From: an uncultured bacterium
Lineage (GTDB): Bacteria; Patescibacteriota; Minisyncoccia; Phycocordibacterales; UBA2100
Assembly: GCA_903824595.1 (NCBI GenBank)
Contig: CAIJXH010000004.1
Span: 40,697-104,696, forward strand
DNA: 64,000 nt
Direction: 5' to 3'
Positions 28,351 through 38,522 of the stretch are shown in pieces (position 1 is the first letter of the stretch; each line of letters starts with the position of its first letter). The notes beneath the pieces were generated by a model. That model did not search any database. It saw only the letters and a list, made by a program, of their open reading frames with translations, and was not told where the DNA came from. The position numbers and the translations under genes were made by a program.

Positions 28351-31300
28351 TCACGCCGCTTCTGTATGCACAGTCTGATTCTTCTGTCTGTCAGCGACGC
28401 TCTTTAGATACTCCTGAATGACGGGTATCTTGCTGATGTACTTTTCGTACATGTCGACATACTGGGAATTTTTGATATTGGGCGTGCCTGCATATTCACC
28501 CGCTTGATCGCTATACTCATACCGCGGAGTAACAAGATCTCCGGCTTCAACCCATTTGTTCTGAAGACCCATAGAATTTACCCGATTCGTTTTATTCACC
28601 TTCATCTCAATGTGACCTATCCACGCCCTGCCCGATTCATCTCGGCAAAACGTATATCGGAACCGCCCATCTTTCGAATCGAAAGTTTCCATGAACATTT
28701 TTCCATAAAGTTCATTGCTTACTTCCCAGCTACCGACCGGTTTAGCGAACACTGGGGATTCTTTTTCTTGTATCACGAGCTGTTCCGGTGCTATTTTGCC
28801 ATCACGCGAAATTGAGACATCTTTTAATTTCACGCTGTCATCTGTGACCTGACCATAGAACGTAGCTTCTTCCTCATCGCGAGCTATTGCCCTCGCAGTA
28901 CCGGCAAAGACAAACTCCGGATTAATATCCGAGAGTACTTTTTGTACTCCTTGTTTACTGATTCCGGACAGTGCTTTTTGCAGATCGGATGGCAACGTTA
29001 CACTTTCTTCTCGATAACCTTTACTGAACCAGCGCATAACGCCGTTCGTCGCAACATATTGCGGCAAGTACCGCCACATACTCTGCGAATTACTCAAATA
29101 ATATGACCGTGCGACATATTTATCTCTCTCCTCGGGTATATATGCAATCACGGCTACGCGACCGCCACCCAATTCATAACACGAAGAAAATCGTATCTTC
29201 TTATTACCACCAATAGTAACCTCGTATTTCGGACCAAGACCGGCACGAGCAATCGCGCCGGAATCCAACGTGACACCATTGAACGCACTACCATTGATTG
29301 AAAGTTTTTTCAGTATTCGAGAACTAACTTTTTCATCAATTTGTTTCGGTATCCCTGTGTTCAGGTTGTCATTTGCTTCGATACCGACCATCGATGTCCG
29401 TGGTGCGGATTCTTCGACAGGTGCCTCCACAGAAGACACGCGTGGGATATTATTCTCTGCAATATTTTCATTTCCTTCTGTGACAGACGCTTCCGATTGT
29501 TCCACCTGAGGTGGCGAAGACACATCTTGCGCTTCGACAGAAGGATTTACCCCGCGCACACGCTCCATCGCGCGACGCGACACAAACGGAATGAGCCACG
29601 GCGTCTCAATCGCGAGCCCGCGCGCAACGGGAATCTGCGGAGCCGGAGGCACTGGCAAAGACGGCGGGAGCGGTACGGTGGTTGTCTCTTGATGCGATTC
29701 GGTTATTGTGCTTGTGATAGTGCGTATCGCATTAGCTCCGCGATCAGTCGCCCATATACGCGCCGCAAGACCGCGCGGTGTATTCCTGAATTCCCCAACC
29801 TCCGCGGCTTTTCCTTGGAATTGGAAGATGTGCCGACCACCCGATCCAACATCCTTGAAAAGAAGCTTACCTGCTTCACTGTCTACCGGAATGCGCGCCC
29901 TACCATTGGCATCAAACTTGAAATCAAACGCTCTGCCCTGCGTATCACCCGAGAGTGTGAGCAGGAGTCTGAAATCCGCATGAGACTGGTGTAAGCGTGC
30001 CAAACCAGCGCGATGCATGCCGCGCATACTCATCTCGTAGTATTGCTTGCCGTCTGCACCGGTGATCAGCTTTGCCCCTTCCTTGCCCCCGCCACTCAGA
30101 CCAAGCTCGTCGAAATCGGGATGACGCGTCCCCCAATCCTGCCAGCCAAACCTGCGATTCACATCAATCATACCGTGCCTTTGAACGGCATACTGTTGTG
30201 GATTTAGAGATATGTCTCGAGTCGACTGTATGGTGACGGTACGCGTCGTCGGTGCTTGAACCGAAGCTTCAACCGAAACAACAGGTGCAGCATTGACTGT
30301 CGAATCTCCGTGAAGCCATGCGCCCAAGCTCTTCAAGAATGTCTGCTTGCCCGCGCCCGACTCAAACACCCCGACCTGATCCGCACTTACCGCCGCCACG
30401 GCTTCCTGCGCCGCCGTCCCCACCGTGAGACCAACCGCGGTACCGATCACCCCCATCTTCCACGCGCGCTTCTTGCGCATGGCGTCGAAGAGCTTGTCTT
30501 TTGCATTGATGCCTTTCTCGTGGCCGGTGAGATAATGCTTCGCATGGAAGATACGTTGATCAATACTCGTAGGCGTAAGACCTGGATACTCCTTGAGCCG
30601 GGCCTTTGCCGTCGCACGTGCTATATCGAGTGCCAGACGCTCCTGCGCGACACTTGATACACCCGAATACGATATCAGGTCTATCTTCTGACGATCAGAA
30701 AGCTGAATACGCGCTTCGATCTCGCACAGCGTTGCCAATACGCTCTCAGCATCGCCTTCGTCCACAGCCGTATTGAGCGTATTCGTGAGTACGATCGCGG
30801 GTATCATCTCGTGCGCATACCGCTCCATGTCGGCGCGACGCGGACGCATAGTCTCGGGAACACCCGCCACATCCTTGCCCACCGCCTTTTCACGCGCATG
30901 CATGCGACGTTCTTCCTTGAATCGCTTTGACTCCTGCGCATACGCCAACGCACCCGCTCCCGCGCCGGCGGCGCCAAATGTCGCCCACGCCATCGCCCTG
31001 CTGAATGCCGCCTTGCTCGCAATGGTCGCCACCGCCGCTGCAGCACCCACGGCAAGCGGACTTGCAATCGCCGCTCCAAATCGGGTGCTCTGCATTTTCT
31101 CGAGTATCCTATCGGCGGTATTGAATCCCGCTTCTGTACGCGCTCCCAATCGAGCACGCCCGATCACGATTTCGTAGTCCTTCTTGATGTCCTCGACTCC
31201 TTCGTAGTGAGCTATATTTGCGCGAATGTGAGTGGCGACCTCGACGATATTGTCGGCAAACATCGTTCCCTGATCCAACACATTCTTGTCGCCAAGCTGC

Positions 31301-31824
31301 TGGACAGCGATCTTTACATTCTCACGCAAATGATTCTTTATGACATCTTCCTGACCAGGATCAGTCGCATCAATCGGCCGCGTCGCGAAATCATAGAGCG
31401 CATTGTAAATCTGCTTCTGAAGTCTGCTCTCCTCCAAAACCTTTCTCATCTCGCCCGCCTCTTGATGAATAGCCGCCTCGACGGCATCCGAGCTAAACTG
31501 CTCGACCACCGCTTTCATGGTCGCCTCGTGCTGCTCTTCCGTACCACCATCTCTGACATAGATATTTCCTTTCTCGGCGATTTCCTTCCGCGCGGCGACG
31601 ATCTCCTTCTGGCGATAGTACTCGCGAGCAAGATTGTTCTTCCATATATTCCTCCCCATGTCTTTCCATCCCTTTGCCGTGAGAAGACTCGCCTTTTCAT
31701 TGGAATCGACGGTGAGCGACGCATCTGCCGCATCGCGTGCGGCACTCTCGAGCGCGTGCGATACGTCGGCGATGACGATTTTTTTCTTCACCCCCTCACG
31801 TTTGTTATACGAAGGTCTTTCCAT
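28351..31824 (-). CDS. Giant hypothetical protein (1157 aa) with central hydrophobic/TM segment. No identifiable catalytic motif.
   Basis: Continuous ORF with a central Ala/Gly-rich TM pair (AIASPLAVGAAAAVATIA...WATFGAAGAGAGALAYA). Confidence 0.55.
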   Translation of the reverse strand: MERPSYNKREGVKKKIVIADVSHALESAARDAADASLTVDSNEKASLLTAKGWKDMGRNIWKNNLAREYYRQKEIVAARKEIAEKGNIYVRDGGTEEQHEATMKAVVEQFSSDAVEAAIHQEAGEMRKVLEESRLQKQIYNALYDFATRPIDATDPGQEDVIKNHLRENVKIAVQQLGDKNVLDQGTMFADNIVEVATHIRANIAHYEGVEDIKKDYEIVIGRARLGARTEAGFNTADRILEKMQSTRFGAAIASPLAVGAAAAVATIASKAAFSRAMAWATFGAAGAGAGALAYAQESKRFKEERRMHAREKAVGKDVAGVPETMRPRRADMERYAHEMIPAIVLTNTLNTAVDEGDAESVLATLCEIEARIQLSDRQKIDLISYSGVSSVAQERLALDIARATAKARLKEYPGLTPTSIDQRIFHAKHYLTGHEKGINAKDKLFDAMRKKRAWKMGVIGTAVGLTVGTAAQEAVAAVSADQVGVFESGAGKQTFLKSLGAWLHGDSTVNAAPVVSVEASVQAPTTRTVTIQSTRDISLNPQQYAVQRHGMIDVNRRFGWQDWGTRHPDFDELGLSGGGKEGAKLITGADGKQYYEMSMRGMHRAGLARLHQSHADFRLLLTLSGDTQGRAFDFKFDANGRARIPVDSEAGKLLFKDVGSGGRHIFQFQGKAAEVGEFRNTPRGLAARIWATDRGANAIRTITSTITESHQETTTVPLPPSLPVPPAPQIPVARGLAIETPWLIPFVSRRAMERVRGVNPSVEAQDVSSPPQVEQSEASVTEGNENIAENNIPRVSSVEAPVEESAPRTSMVGIEANDNLNTGIPKQIDEKVSSRILKKLSINGSAFNGVTLDSGAIARAGLGPKYEVTIGGNKKIRFSSCYELGGGRVAVIAYIPEERDKYVARSYYLSNSQSMWRYLPQYVATNGVMRWFSKGYREESVTLPSDLQKALSGISKQGVQKVLSDINPEFVFAGTARAIARDEEEATFYGQVTDDSVKLKDVSISRDGKIAPEQLVIQEKESPVFAKPVGSWEVSNELYGKMFMETFDSKDGRFRYTFCRDESGRAWIGHIEMKVNKTNRVNSMGLQNKWVEAGDLVTPRYEYSDQAGEYAGTPNIKNSQYVDMYEKYISKIPVIQEYLKSVADRQKNQTVHTEAA

Positions 31825-31827
31825 ACC

Positions 31828-32139
31828 TCAAGCGATTCCCAAGTACGCGTTTCTAAAGACAAGCAGCTCTTGAGCGATCCGCTCTTCGAGATCGGGAATT
31901 GTGGTTTTGCAAAAAGCTTGCACGTCTTCTTCTTTGCCACTATCGAGCAGCGTCTCAAATTCTTCATGCTTGTCGGCTGGCATCTCGGCAACAATCATCG
32001 CATTGATCCGATCATGCACGCGCACAGCAAGATCAGACTCGAGCTGCGCTTTTACATCGACATCCATTTCGAGCTGATCGATACCCTGCTCGGCGAGAAG
32101 CTTTCTGACAAACACGTGTACATTTTCGTCTGGATTCAT
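31828..32139 (-). CDS. Small acidic hypothetical protein immediately upstream (co-transcribed) of the giant protein.
   Basis: 103-aa ORF whose stop abuts the giant ORF start (4-nt gap). Confidence 0.4.
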   Translation of the reverse strand: MNPDENVHVFVRKLLAEQGIDQLEMDVDVKAQLESDLAVRVHDRINAMIVAEMPADKHEEFETLLDSGKEEDVQAFCKTTIPDLEERIAQELLVFRNAYLGIA

Positions 32140-32289
32140 ACGTTATTCATTTTTATATAAACTCATAAAAATCACGAGAGCGACCTGTGACACAGGATAG
32201 CACCCCCCCCAATTTCAACAACGCAATTCTTCACACCTTGCTCCGCGAAAAATGCAAACCCGCCCGACAAGTGGTATATTCTTCCCTAT

Positions 32290-32362
32290 CCGCCCGTAGC
32301 TCAGTCGGTAGAGCAGCTCCCTTTTAAGGAGACGGTCGTTGGTTCGATTCCAACCGGGCGGA
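32290..32362 (+). tRNA. tRNA-Lys (anticodon TTT). 3'-CCA not encoded.
   Basis: Acceptor CCGCCCG/CGGGCGG, D-arm GCTCAGTCGGTAGAGC, anticodon stem-loop CTCC-CTTTTAA-GGAG, T-arm GTTGGTTCGATTCCAAC. Confidence 0.75.
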
Positions 32363-32433
32363 CAATCAGGAGCGAAGCGGATGATTGTCCGCCCGAGCAG
32401 GGTGCCTGCGCACCCTGCGTGTTGGAATCGAAG
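32352..32433. repeat. Inverted partial copy of the tRNA-Lys 3' half (T-arm + acceptor strand) with an inserted 9-bp-stem hairpin. Forms a 14-bp hairpin with the tRNA's own 3' end.
   Basis: cgggcggacaatca...tgattgtccgcccg; gttggaatcgaa is the revcomp of the T-arm ttcgattccaac; internal GCAGGGTGC/GCACCCTGC hairpin. Confidence 0.6.
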
Positions 32434-32451
32434 CCCGGAACTATTTCTAGT

Positions 32452-33390
32452 TTATTTTTTGTTGATCAATCCACCAACGGCAACAAGTAAATCTTTTGCC
32501 GAAGCCAAACTTGATTTCACCGACTCGATGAGTTTACTCACCAGAGCAAGACTTGCCGTAGCAATGCCGATGACAGATTGCGGCTGATTTGGAACACTAC
32601 CCGTTGATACGATTACACCCGATTGAGCAGTTCCTGCTGATGACACGCTTGTGGCTCCTGACAACGGACTTGTTTGAGATGATGCCCCATAATCAGACGG
32701 CATACTGTAATTGAGCATCGACGTCGAGAGCACCGAGGATACCGTCGCGGGCGCGGCGGCGGTAACGACAGACGTCGCGACAGTCGATACCGTCGTAGAA
32801 GAAACCGCAACACGTGAGGCGGTTGACCCTGATAATCCTCCCGATAACGAAGACAAAAGACTCGACACCGCACTGTTGGCATCAGATGCCGCTGATGAGC
32901 TATTGAGTAACGCGCTAGAACCAGAAACGTTTGCCGTGCTTCCAAGAAGTGTGCTTGCCACGCTATCGGCAAGAGGTTGGGGTCCGCCAAACGCCTGTAC
33001 CACCGCGTTGTTGGCATCGTTGGCGCTCGATCCAGAAAGACCGCCGCCGCTCAAACCCATAGCCAGCACACCTGCGCCGACCACATACGAAAGACCGAGA
33101 CAAAATTGTGGAAACGCGCAAATGCCAATCACTCCGAGCGGATCGTAACATGGAAGCTCTGGGCAAAACGGCGGAGTTTGTATTTCTGGATCCATTTGAC
33201 ACACGCACTGCGCATCTGCCACCGTACTCGCCGCCCCTCCCGCTGCACCAGAACTAACGCTAGTCATTGCCGCATCACCACCAGTCACGAAATTGCCACC
33301 ACCCACTAATGTAGGATTATACTGTGCGCATGTAATCATGGGCATCCCCACAAGCAAAAGCAGTGCGATGAATCGATGCGTCATACTCAA
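32452..33390 (-). CDS. Secreted Ser/Gly/Ala/Thr-rich low-complexity protein (hypothetical).
   Basis: Signal peptide MSMTHRFIALLLLVGMPMITCA, extreme S/G/A/T bias. Confidence 0.45.
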   Translation of the reverse strand: MSMTHRFIALLLLVGMPMITCAQYNPTLVGGGNFVTGGDAAMTSVSSGAAGGAASTVADAQCVCQMDPEIQTPPFCPELPCYDPLGVIGICAFPQFCLGLSYVVGAGVLAMGLSGGGLSGSSANDANNAVVQAFGGPQPLADSVASTLLGSTANVSGSSALLNSSSAASDANSAVSSLLSSLSGGLSGSTASRVAVSSTTVSTVATSVVTAAAPATVSSVLSTSMLNYSMPSDYGASSQTSPLSGATSVSSAGTAQSGVIVSTGSVPNQPQSVIGIATASLALVSKLIESVKSSLASAKDLLVAVGGLINKK

Positions 33391-34841
33391 ATCGCCAAAT
33401 CAACCTCCGTACTATCGGTAATCGTCGTCCCGTCGAGCGTCGTGCATGTTGCGGTAAATGTAGTAGCATCGGTGATAGGAACAGTCGATGCGCCACCCGA
33501 AAGTGTCGTTTCGTGAAAACTCCCGTCCGACGATGTCACCACGCATGATGCCGTATCTTTTGAATTCCAAAATATTGAGGTACGTCCCGAGAGCGCGACG
33601 TGGGTAGGCGAAGCCCATATGACAATCTCTGGATGCAGCCCTGTAGGAGTCGTGGTGGCAGTTGGCTTCGCGACGATTCTCTTGCGCGCGATAGATGGAG
33701 TGGTCGTCGCAGAGGAATCCCCCACGCGGTAGCCGCCCCATGAACACAGTCCGTCAAAAAATGAAGGAGGAATGACGAAAGAAATAATGGAGTTTGCCCA
33801 CGGTCGCCACTGACACAAACTGCCAATAAATCCTTTGGGAGTATCGCTCAATGTATCGCCGCCATAAAATCCAGCCACTTCGGTATTTGCATCAAGATCG
33901 CGCGAATTGGCAACAATAGTACCGCCTAGTTTCGTATATACAATCGAACCCGTGAGCTTGGAAACCACCGATGTGGTGCCGATGGCGCCCGCGGACACTC
34001 GCACTGCCGGCTGACCATTGGTGGTTGTCGCATCTTCTGCCGGAAGCCCCAACAAACTATCGCTCACCGAGCTCGCGTCGGATCCCGTGTCTGTATATTG
34101 TGAAAGATAGTCACTCGCGCCAGAGCTTGCGTCGACAAGATCGCTCGACACAGTCGTCGTGTCCAGACCTCCCAACAAATCGGACGACACGCCTCCCGTG
34201 CCTCCAGGGACATAGTAAGCGCACGGGTCTGCCGATGGCACCGACACGGCATAGTACGACGAGCATCCCGATTGAATGTCGGCGTAGGGATTTGATCCAT
34301 ATCCGCTCGTATCGTTACTTCCTTTCGACCCACTTCCGCTGAACAACGACATGAGTTGCGACGCGGCGACAGAACCAATGATTTGTCCGATGGTGCCACT
34401 AGAACCGCCCAAACCGAGAGAATCGAGAAAACTAAATCCAACAGCATGACACGTGAGTGGCGCCACGCATTCTCCCCACACTTTGCCTCCCGGCATCGTT
34501 TGACCACACGGACACAGGTGCATGTTTGCTTTTGGTCCTGCCGGCGATGACACACATCCACCGTTTCCTTCAATAAATCCACATGGACACTTTATATTTA
34601 CAACGGCACACTCCACATTTGCCGCCTGTTGGGCTGCTGTATCAATAGCTTGGCTCGCCGCAGCACTACTTGCGGCATCTCCCGCCGCAGCAGCAGGTGC
34701 TTGGGCTGCATTACTTACTCCTGGTACATATGTATATTGTTTGATGTCTACACTACTGATGAAAGGACTTGTGTCCGCAGCCCCTACAGTAGGAGGAAAA
34801 ATCATCATCAAAAAAAACAACACGCATATACGCATCCACAT
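33387..34841 (-). CDS. Secreted Gly/Ser/Thr-rich protein with conserved C-terminal ~80-aa module (hypothetical).
   Basis: Signal peptide MWMRICVLFFLMMIFPPTVGA. C-terminus (...WNSKDTASCVVTSS...TTFTATCTTLDG...) is shared with ORF 6504..8477. Confidence 0.45.
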   Translation of the reverse strand: MWMRICVLFFLMMIFPPTVGAADTSPFISSVDIKQYTYVPGVSNAAQAPAAAAGDAASSAAASQAIDTAAQQAANVECAVVNIKCPCGFIEGNGGCVSSPAGPKANMHLCPCGQTMPGGKVWGECVAPLTCHAVGFSFLDSLGLGGSSGTIGQIIGSVAASQLMSLFSGSGSKGSNDTSGYGSNPYADIQSGCSSYYAVSVPSADPCAYYVPGGTGGVSSDLLGGLDTTTVSSDLVDASSGASDYLSQYTDTGSDASSVSDSLLGLPAEDATTTNGQPAVRVSAGAIGTTSVVSKLTGSIVYTKLGGTIVANSRDLDANTEVAGFYGGDTLSDTPKGFIGSLCQWRPWANSIISFVIPPSFFDGLCSWGGYRVGDSSATTTPSIARKRIVAKPTATTTPTGLHPEIVIWASPTHVALSGRTSIFWNSKDTASCVVTSSDGSFHETTLSGGASTVPITDATTFTATCTTLDGTTITDSTEVDLAI

Positions 34842-34885
34842 ATCTTCATGCTACAAGACACAGGGCTTTCCGCAACGTACAAACA

Positions 34886-35524
34886 TTAGGCTTTGTTGAT
34901 ACCCAAAACATACCGTTCCAGCGCGTATTCAAGATCGCATCCGCGACGTCGTGCTTCATGCGGCAGCTCGGCGAGGGAGGCAATGAGGCGGGAGGCGCGA
35001 CCCCGCTCCGTGGGTCGCGACTTGAGGAACATGTCTTTCGCACCCCAAAAGAGCACCCCGTGAATCGCCTCTGGCACGTCGCCGCGAGCAAGTGCGCGCT
35101 GGTATTCCACCCAGAGCGTCTTTTTGTCGCCACGCTTGAGCGCATCCGCCAAAACAAAAATGCCACTGTCTTTTTTCTTTCCACCCGGCAGATCAAACAC
35201 TTCTATCTTCTCCGCATACTTCCCCACCGTTTTTTTCGTCACCGCATCCATCTTTTCTTCGAGAATGAAGAATTCATCGGGCGACGATTTCATCACGGGC
35301 ATCATGCCAAGGACGGTCCTTGATAAGTCGTCGTTGCACAGTACGCCGTCCAAGACCACCGCCCATTGCTCGCCAAACATTCCCGCGCCTTGCAATCCAG
35401 CGCGCACATCATCGAGAGAATGTGCATCGGTAATGCGCACAATTTTCAGTCCGCTTTTTTCCACCGCCGCATTCATCGCCGCGCGCGACTTCTCCCGATC
35501 GGTGCCTGTGTAGACATACAACAT
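34886..35524 (-). CDS. Possible DNA polymerase III delta subunit (HolA-like), short.
   Basis: N-terminal LYVYTGTD... and overall helical clamp-loader-like composition. Weak. Confidence 0.35.
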   Translation of the reverse strand: MLYVYTGTDREKSRAAMNAAVEKSGLKIVRITDAHSLDDVRAGLQGAGMFGEQWAVVLDGVLCNDDLSRTVLGMMPVMKSSPDEFFILEEKMDAVTKKTVGKYAEKIEVFDLPGGKKKDSGIFVLADALKRGDKKTLWVEYQRALARGDVPEAIHGVLFWGAKDMFLKSRPTERGRASRLIASLAELPHEARRRGCDLEYALERYVLGINKA

Positions 35525-35565
35525 ACCTCCATCATACCGCATCACATTCCCGCACGAAAAAAGAA

Positions 35566-35595
35566 AACCGCCTCCGAGGAGGCGGTTGAGTTTCG
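35566..35595 (-). terminator. Intrinsic terminator (minus strand) downstream of the small membrane protein gene 35667..36041.
   Basis: AACCGCCTCC-gag-GAGGCGGTT perfect stem followed on the minus strand by TTTTCTTTTTT. Confidence 0.55.
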
Positions 35596-35666
35596 CGAGG
35601 TAAGACAGCCAGCGAGAAGATATCAGATTTCTTTTTGAAAATCAAATTTATTACTAGCTACTTCGA

Positions 35667-36041
35667 TCAAACTCGCGCTCTTACCATCGCTGGTATGCTG
35701 TAGAAAGACACGATTCCCGTGCCAATCCACAGCCACGAAACCCACGACCCCACTCTACATACCATCACCACTCCTGTGATGGTCATGACTGTGCCCGCCA
35801 TAAGAGCGCATGTCATGAAAATCATAAACCGGAGGAAAATTTCACATTCACACCCGCCTATCCATGTTTCCATGGATTTCATTTCTAGATAGATGACCGC
35901 CGCTGACGCGACACTGCCAAACATCCACCAATACAAAAACCATGTAATTCCGCTTTGCGGAAGAACAAATACTCCACCGAGTGACCCGAGGATCACTTCC
36001 GCGACGACAAATGACACAAGTCCGCTCATCAAGCCCTCCAC
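35667..36041 (-). CDS. Small polytopic membrane protein (hypothetical).
   Basis: 124-aa ORF, 3-4 TM segments. Confidence 0.35.
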   Translation of the reverse strand: MEGLMSGLVSFVVAEVILGSLGGVFVLPQSGITWFLYWWMFGSVASAAVIYLEMKSMETWIGGCECEIFLRFMIFMTCALMAGTVMTITGVVMVCRVGSWVSWLWIGTGIVSFYSIPAMVRARV

Positions 36042-36134
36042 AGTTACCCATTGAAACTAAATACACTATGCCACGTATGCAATCATCTTGCAATCTTCCC
36101 CGCATCCATCCTAGAGGCGACACCTCTAGGATTT

Positions 36135-38522
36135 TCAGAATCTTGTCATCTCCCCCCAATTTTTCCCCACTGCAATCTCGGCGACGATGGGCACGCCGCC
36201 GAGCAGGGCGGGTGCGACGACGGATTCCATGATGCCGCGCAGCTCGCGTGCGATTGGTTCGGCTTCATTCTCCGCGACTTCGTAGACGAGTTCGTCGTGC
36301 ACTTGGAGAAGGAGTTTCGCTTTGTCGCGCCAGTCATTTTTTTCTATCAACGCATCGGTCGCTACCATCGCAAGCTTGATGATGTCGGCTTGCGTGCCTT
36401 GGATCGGCGCGTTGGTCGCCATACGTTCGGCTTGCGCACGCATGGTGGGCAACGCAGATGTGAGCGCAGGAAAATAGCGACGACGACCGAAAAGTGTCTC
36501 GGTGTAGCCGAGGCGCGCCGCGTCTTGTTTCGTCTTCTCGATGTATTTCTTCACACCAGAAAACCGCTCAAAATACTGCGCAAGAAAATCCGCCGCCTCC
36601 GCGCGGGTCACTTCCGCTCCCAAATTCGCGCGGAGCGCGTTGACACCCATGCCGTAGAGGATACCGAAGTTGATCACCTTGGCACGACGGCGCATTTCGT
36701 AGTCAACCTTCTCGTGTGGCACACCAAACACGCCAGATGCGACCGCCGTGTGCACGTCGCCACCCTCCTTGAACGTGTGAATCAGCGTCTCGTCGCCCGA
36801 AAGCCCCGCCGCGATGCGAAGCTCGATTTGCGAGTAATCAATCGCCGCGAACAGCTTGCCCTCGGGCGCGACAAACGCGCGGCGGATTTTTTTGCCGTGC
36901 TCGGTTTTCACGGGAATGTTCTGAAGATTTGGATTCTGGCTCGCCATGCGCCCTGTCGTCGTCCCCGCCTGCAAAAATTCCGCGTGCAACCTGCCATCGC
37001 TTGCCACGAGCCCGGGGATTTTTTCGATGTAGGTGGAGAGCAGTTTCTGCAGCTCGCGATACGCGAGCACATCGGCGATGATCGGATGCTGATCGCTTAT
37101 CTTGGCTAATTCTTCTTCGCGCGTGGTACGCGCGCCGGTTGCCGTTTTCTTTTGTTTTTCCGGCACGATTTTGAGCTCGTCGTACAGCACAACACCGAGC
37201 TGCTTGGGAGAATTGATGTTGAAATCATGCCCTGCATGCGCGACGATCTTCCCAACCGCATTACCAAGCTCTTTACCATACTCTTTTGCGAGCGTCGCAA
37301 GATAGGCAGTGTCGATCGCTACGCCGGTTGCGTTCATCCGCTCCACTACCGAAATAAGAGGTTTCTCGATGTCCTCGTACACTGCCGCGAGTCGCCCTGT
37401 CTTGTGTAGTTCCGCAAAGAGATTCTTGCGCGCCGTGGCAAAATCGTTCGCATGCCCATCGCGCAAAATATCGTCGAGCACCGGACTGGTCGTATCGGAA
37501 TGCAAAAGCCAAAGCGCGATCGCCGTTTCCTTCTGCTCGCGCGCATCAATCTCCTCCCTCATTACTGACTGCGGCTCCTGCGGCACGCCGGATGAGCGTT
37601 CCACGGCGGCGAACACGCGGCTCTTGAGCGAACCGAATTCCAGCTCTTCGCACAAAGCGATGATCGTGTCGACATGCTCACTCATACGCCACGAATGATC
37701 GGGCAGTGAGAATGAAATTGGCGCATCGGTGCGTATGGTAGCGAGATGTTTGGAAAGTTTCGCTGCCTCCTCGCCTTCGCGGATTTTATCCGCCATCTTT
37801 CCTTTCACACCCGACTCTTCGAGCGCCTTTGGATCGGCGTTGATCGCGCGGTACATATCTTCGATCGATCCGAATATCCCAATGAGCTCTTCGGCGGTCT
37901 TCTCACCTACGCCCTTGATGCCGGGGATATTGTCGGAAGGATCGCCGCGAAGCGCCTTGTAATCCACTACATGCTCCGGTCCAAAACCGTATCGTTCGCG
38001 CACACGATCAGCATCATAAAGAATCGTATCCGCCAAACCTTTGCGAAGCGTGTACACTCGCGCACGATCCGACACCAATTGCAGTGCATCGAGATCGCCC
38101 GTCGCAATGACTGATTCAATGTCGGCGCGATCTTTGAGCGCATGCACGATCGTCCCGATGCAGTCGTCTGCCTCAAACCCCGGTGCGGAGTACACAGGAA
38201 TGCCAAACGCCGTGAAGATCTCGGGCGCTTTCTGAAGCTGCGCGATGAGCTCTGGCTCGGCTTTCGCGCGCGTACCTTTGTAGTCTTCAAACACCTCGTG
38301 CCGCATCGTCTTCCCCGGCAGATCGCGACACGCCACCACATAGTCGGGCTTGAGATCGTCGATGATTTTCAGGAGCATGGAGACGAGTCCGTAGAGCGCA
38401 CCCGTCGGCTCGCCTTTAGATGTAGAAAAATCCGGCACCGCATGGTACGCGCGATGCAGAATCGCGTGCGAGTCGAGGATGACGAGGCGTTTGGTGTCAG
38501 TGCGTTTGTTAGTTGATTTCAT
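36135..38522 (-). CDS. polA: DNA polymerase I (5'-3' exonuclease + polymerase domains).
   Basis: N-terminal 5'-nuclease motifs (LVILDSHAILHRAYHA, GIPGIKGVGEKTA). C-terminal Pol A motifs (DYSQIELR, RRRAKVINFGILYG, QVHDELV). Confidence 0.9.
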   Translation of the reverse strand: MKSTNKRTDTKRLVILDSHAILHRAYHAVPDFSTSKGEPTGALYGLVSMLLKIIDDLKPDYVVACRDLPGKTMRHEVFEDYKGTRAKAEPELIAQLQKAPEIFTAFGIPVYSAPGFEADDCIGTIVHALKDRADIESVIATGDLDALQLVSDRARVYTLRKGLADTILYDADRVRERYGFGPEHVVDYKALRGDPSDNIPGIKGVGEKTAEELIGIFGSIEDMYRAINADPKALEESGVKGKMADKIREGEEAAKLSKHLATIRTDAPISFSLPDHSWRMSEHVDTIIALCEELEFGSLKSRVFAAVERSSGVPQEPQSVMREEIDAREQKETAIALWLLHSDTTSPVLDDILRDGHANDFATARKNLFAELHKTGRLAAVYEDIEKPLISVVERMNATGVAIDTAYLATLAKEYGKELGNAVGKIVAHAGHDFNINSPKQLGVVLYDELKIVPEKQKKTATGARTTREEELAKISDQHPIIADVLAYRELQKLLSTYIEKIPGLVASDGRLHAEFLQAGTTTGRMASQNPNLQNIPVKTEHGKKIRRAFVAPEGKLFAAIDYSQIELRIAAGLSGDETLIHTFKEGGDVHTAVASGVFGVPHEKVDYEMRRRAKVINFGILYGMGVNALRANLGAEVTRAEAADFLAQYFERFSGVKKYIEKTKQDAARLGYTETLFGRRRYFPALTSALPTMRAQAERMATNAPIQGTQADIIKLAMVATDALIEKNDWRDKAKLLLQVHDELVYEVAENEAEPIARELRGIMESVVAPALLGGVPIVAEIAVGKNWGEMTRF

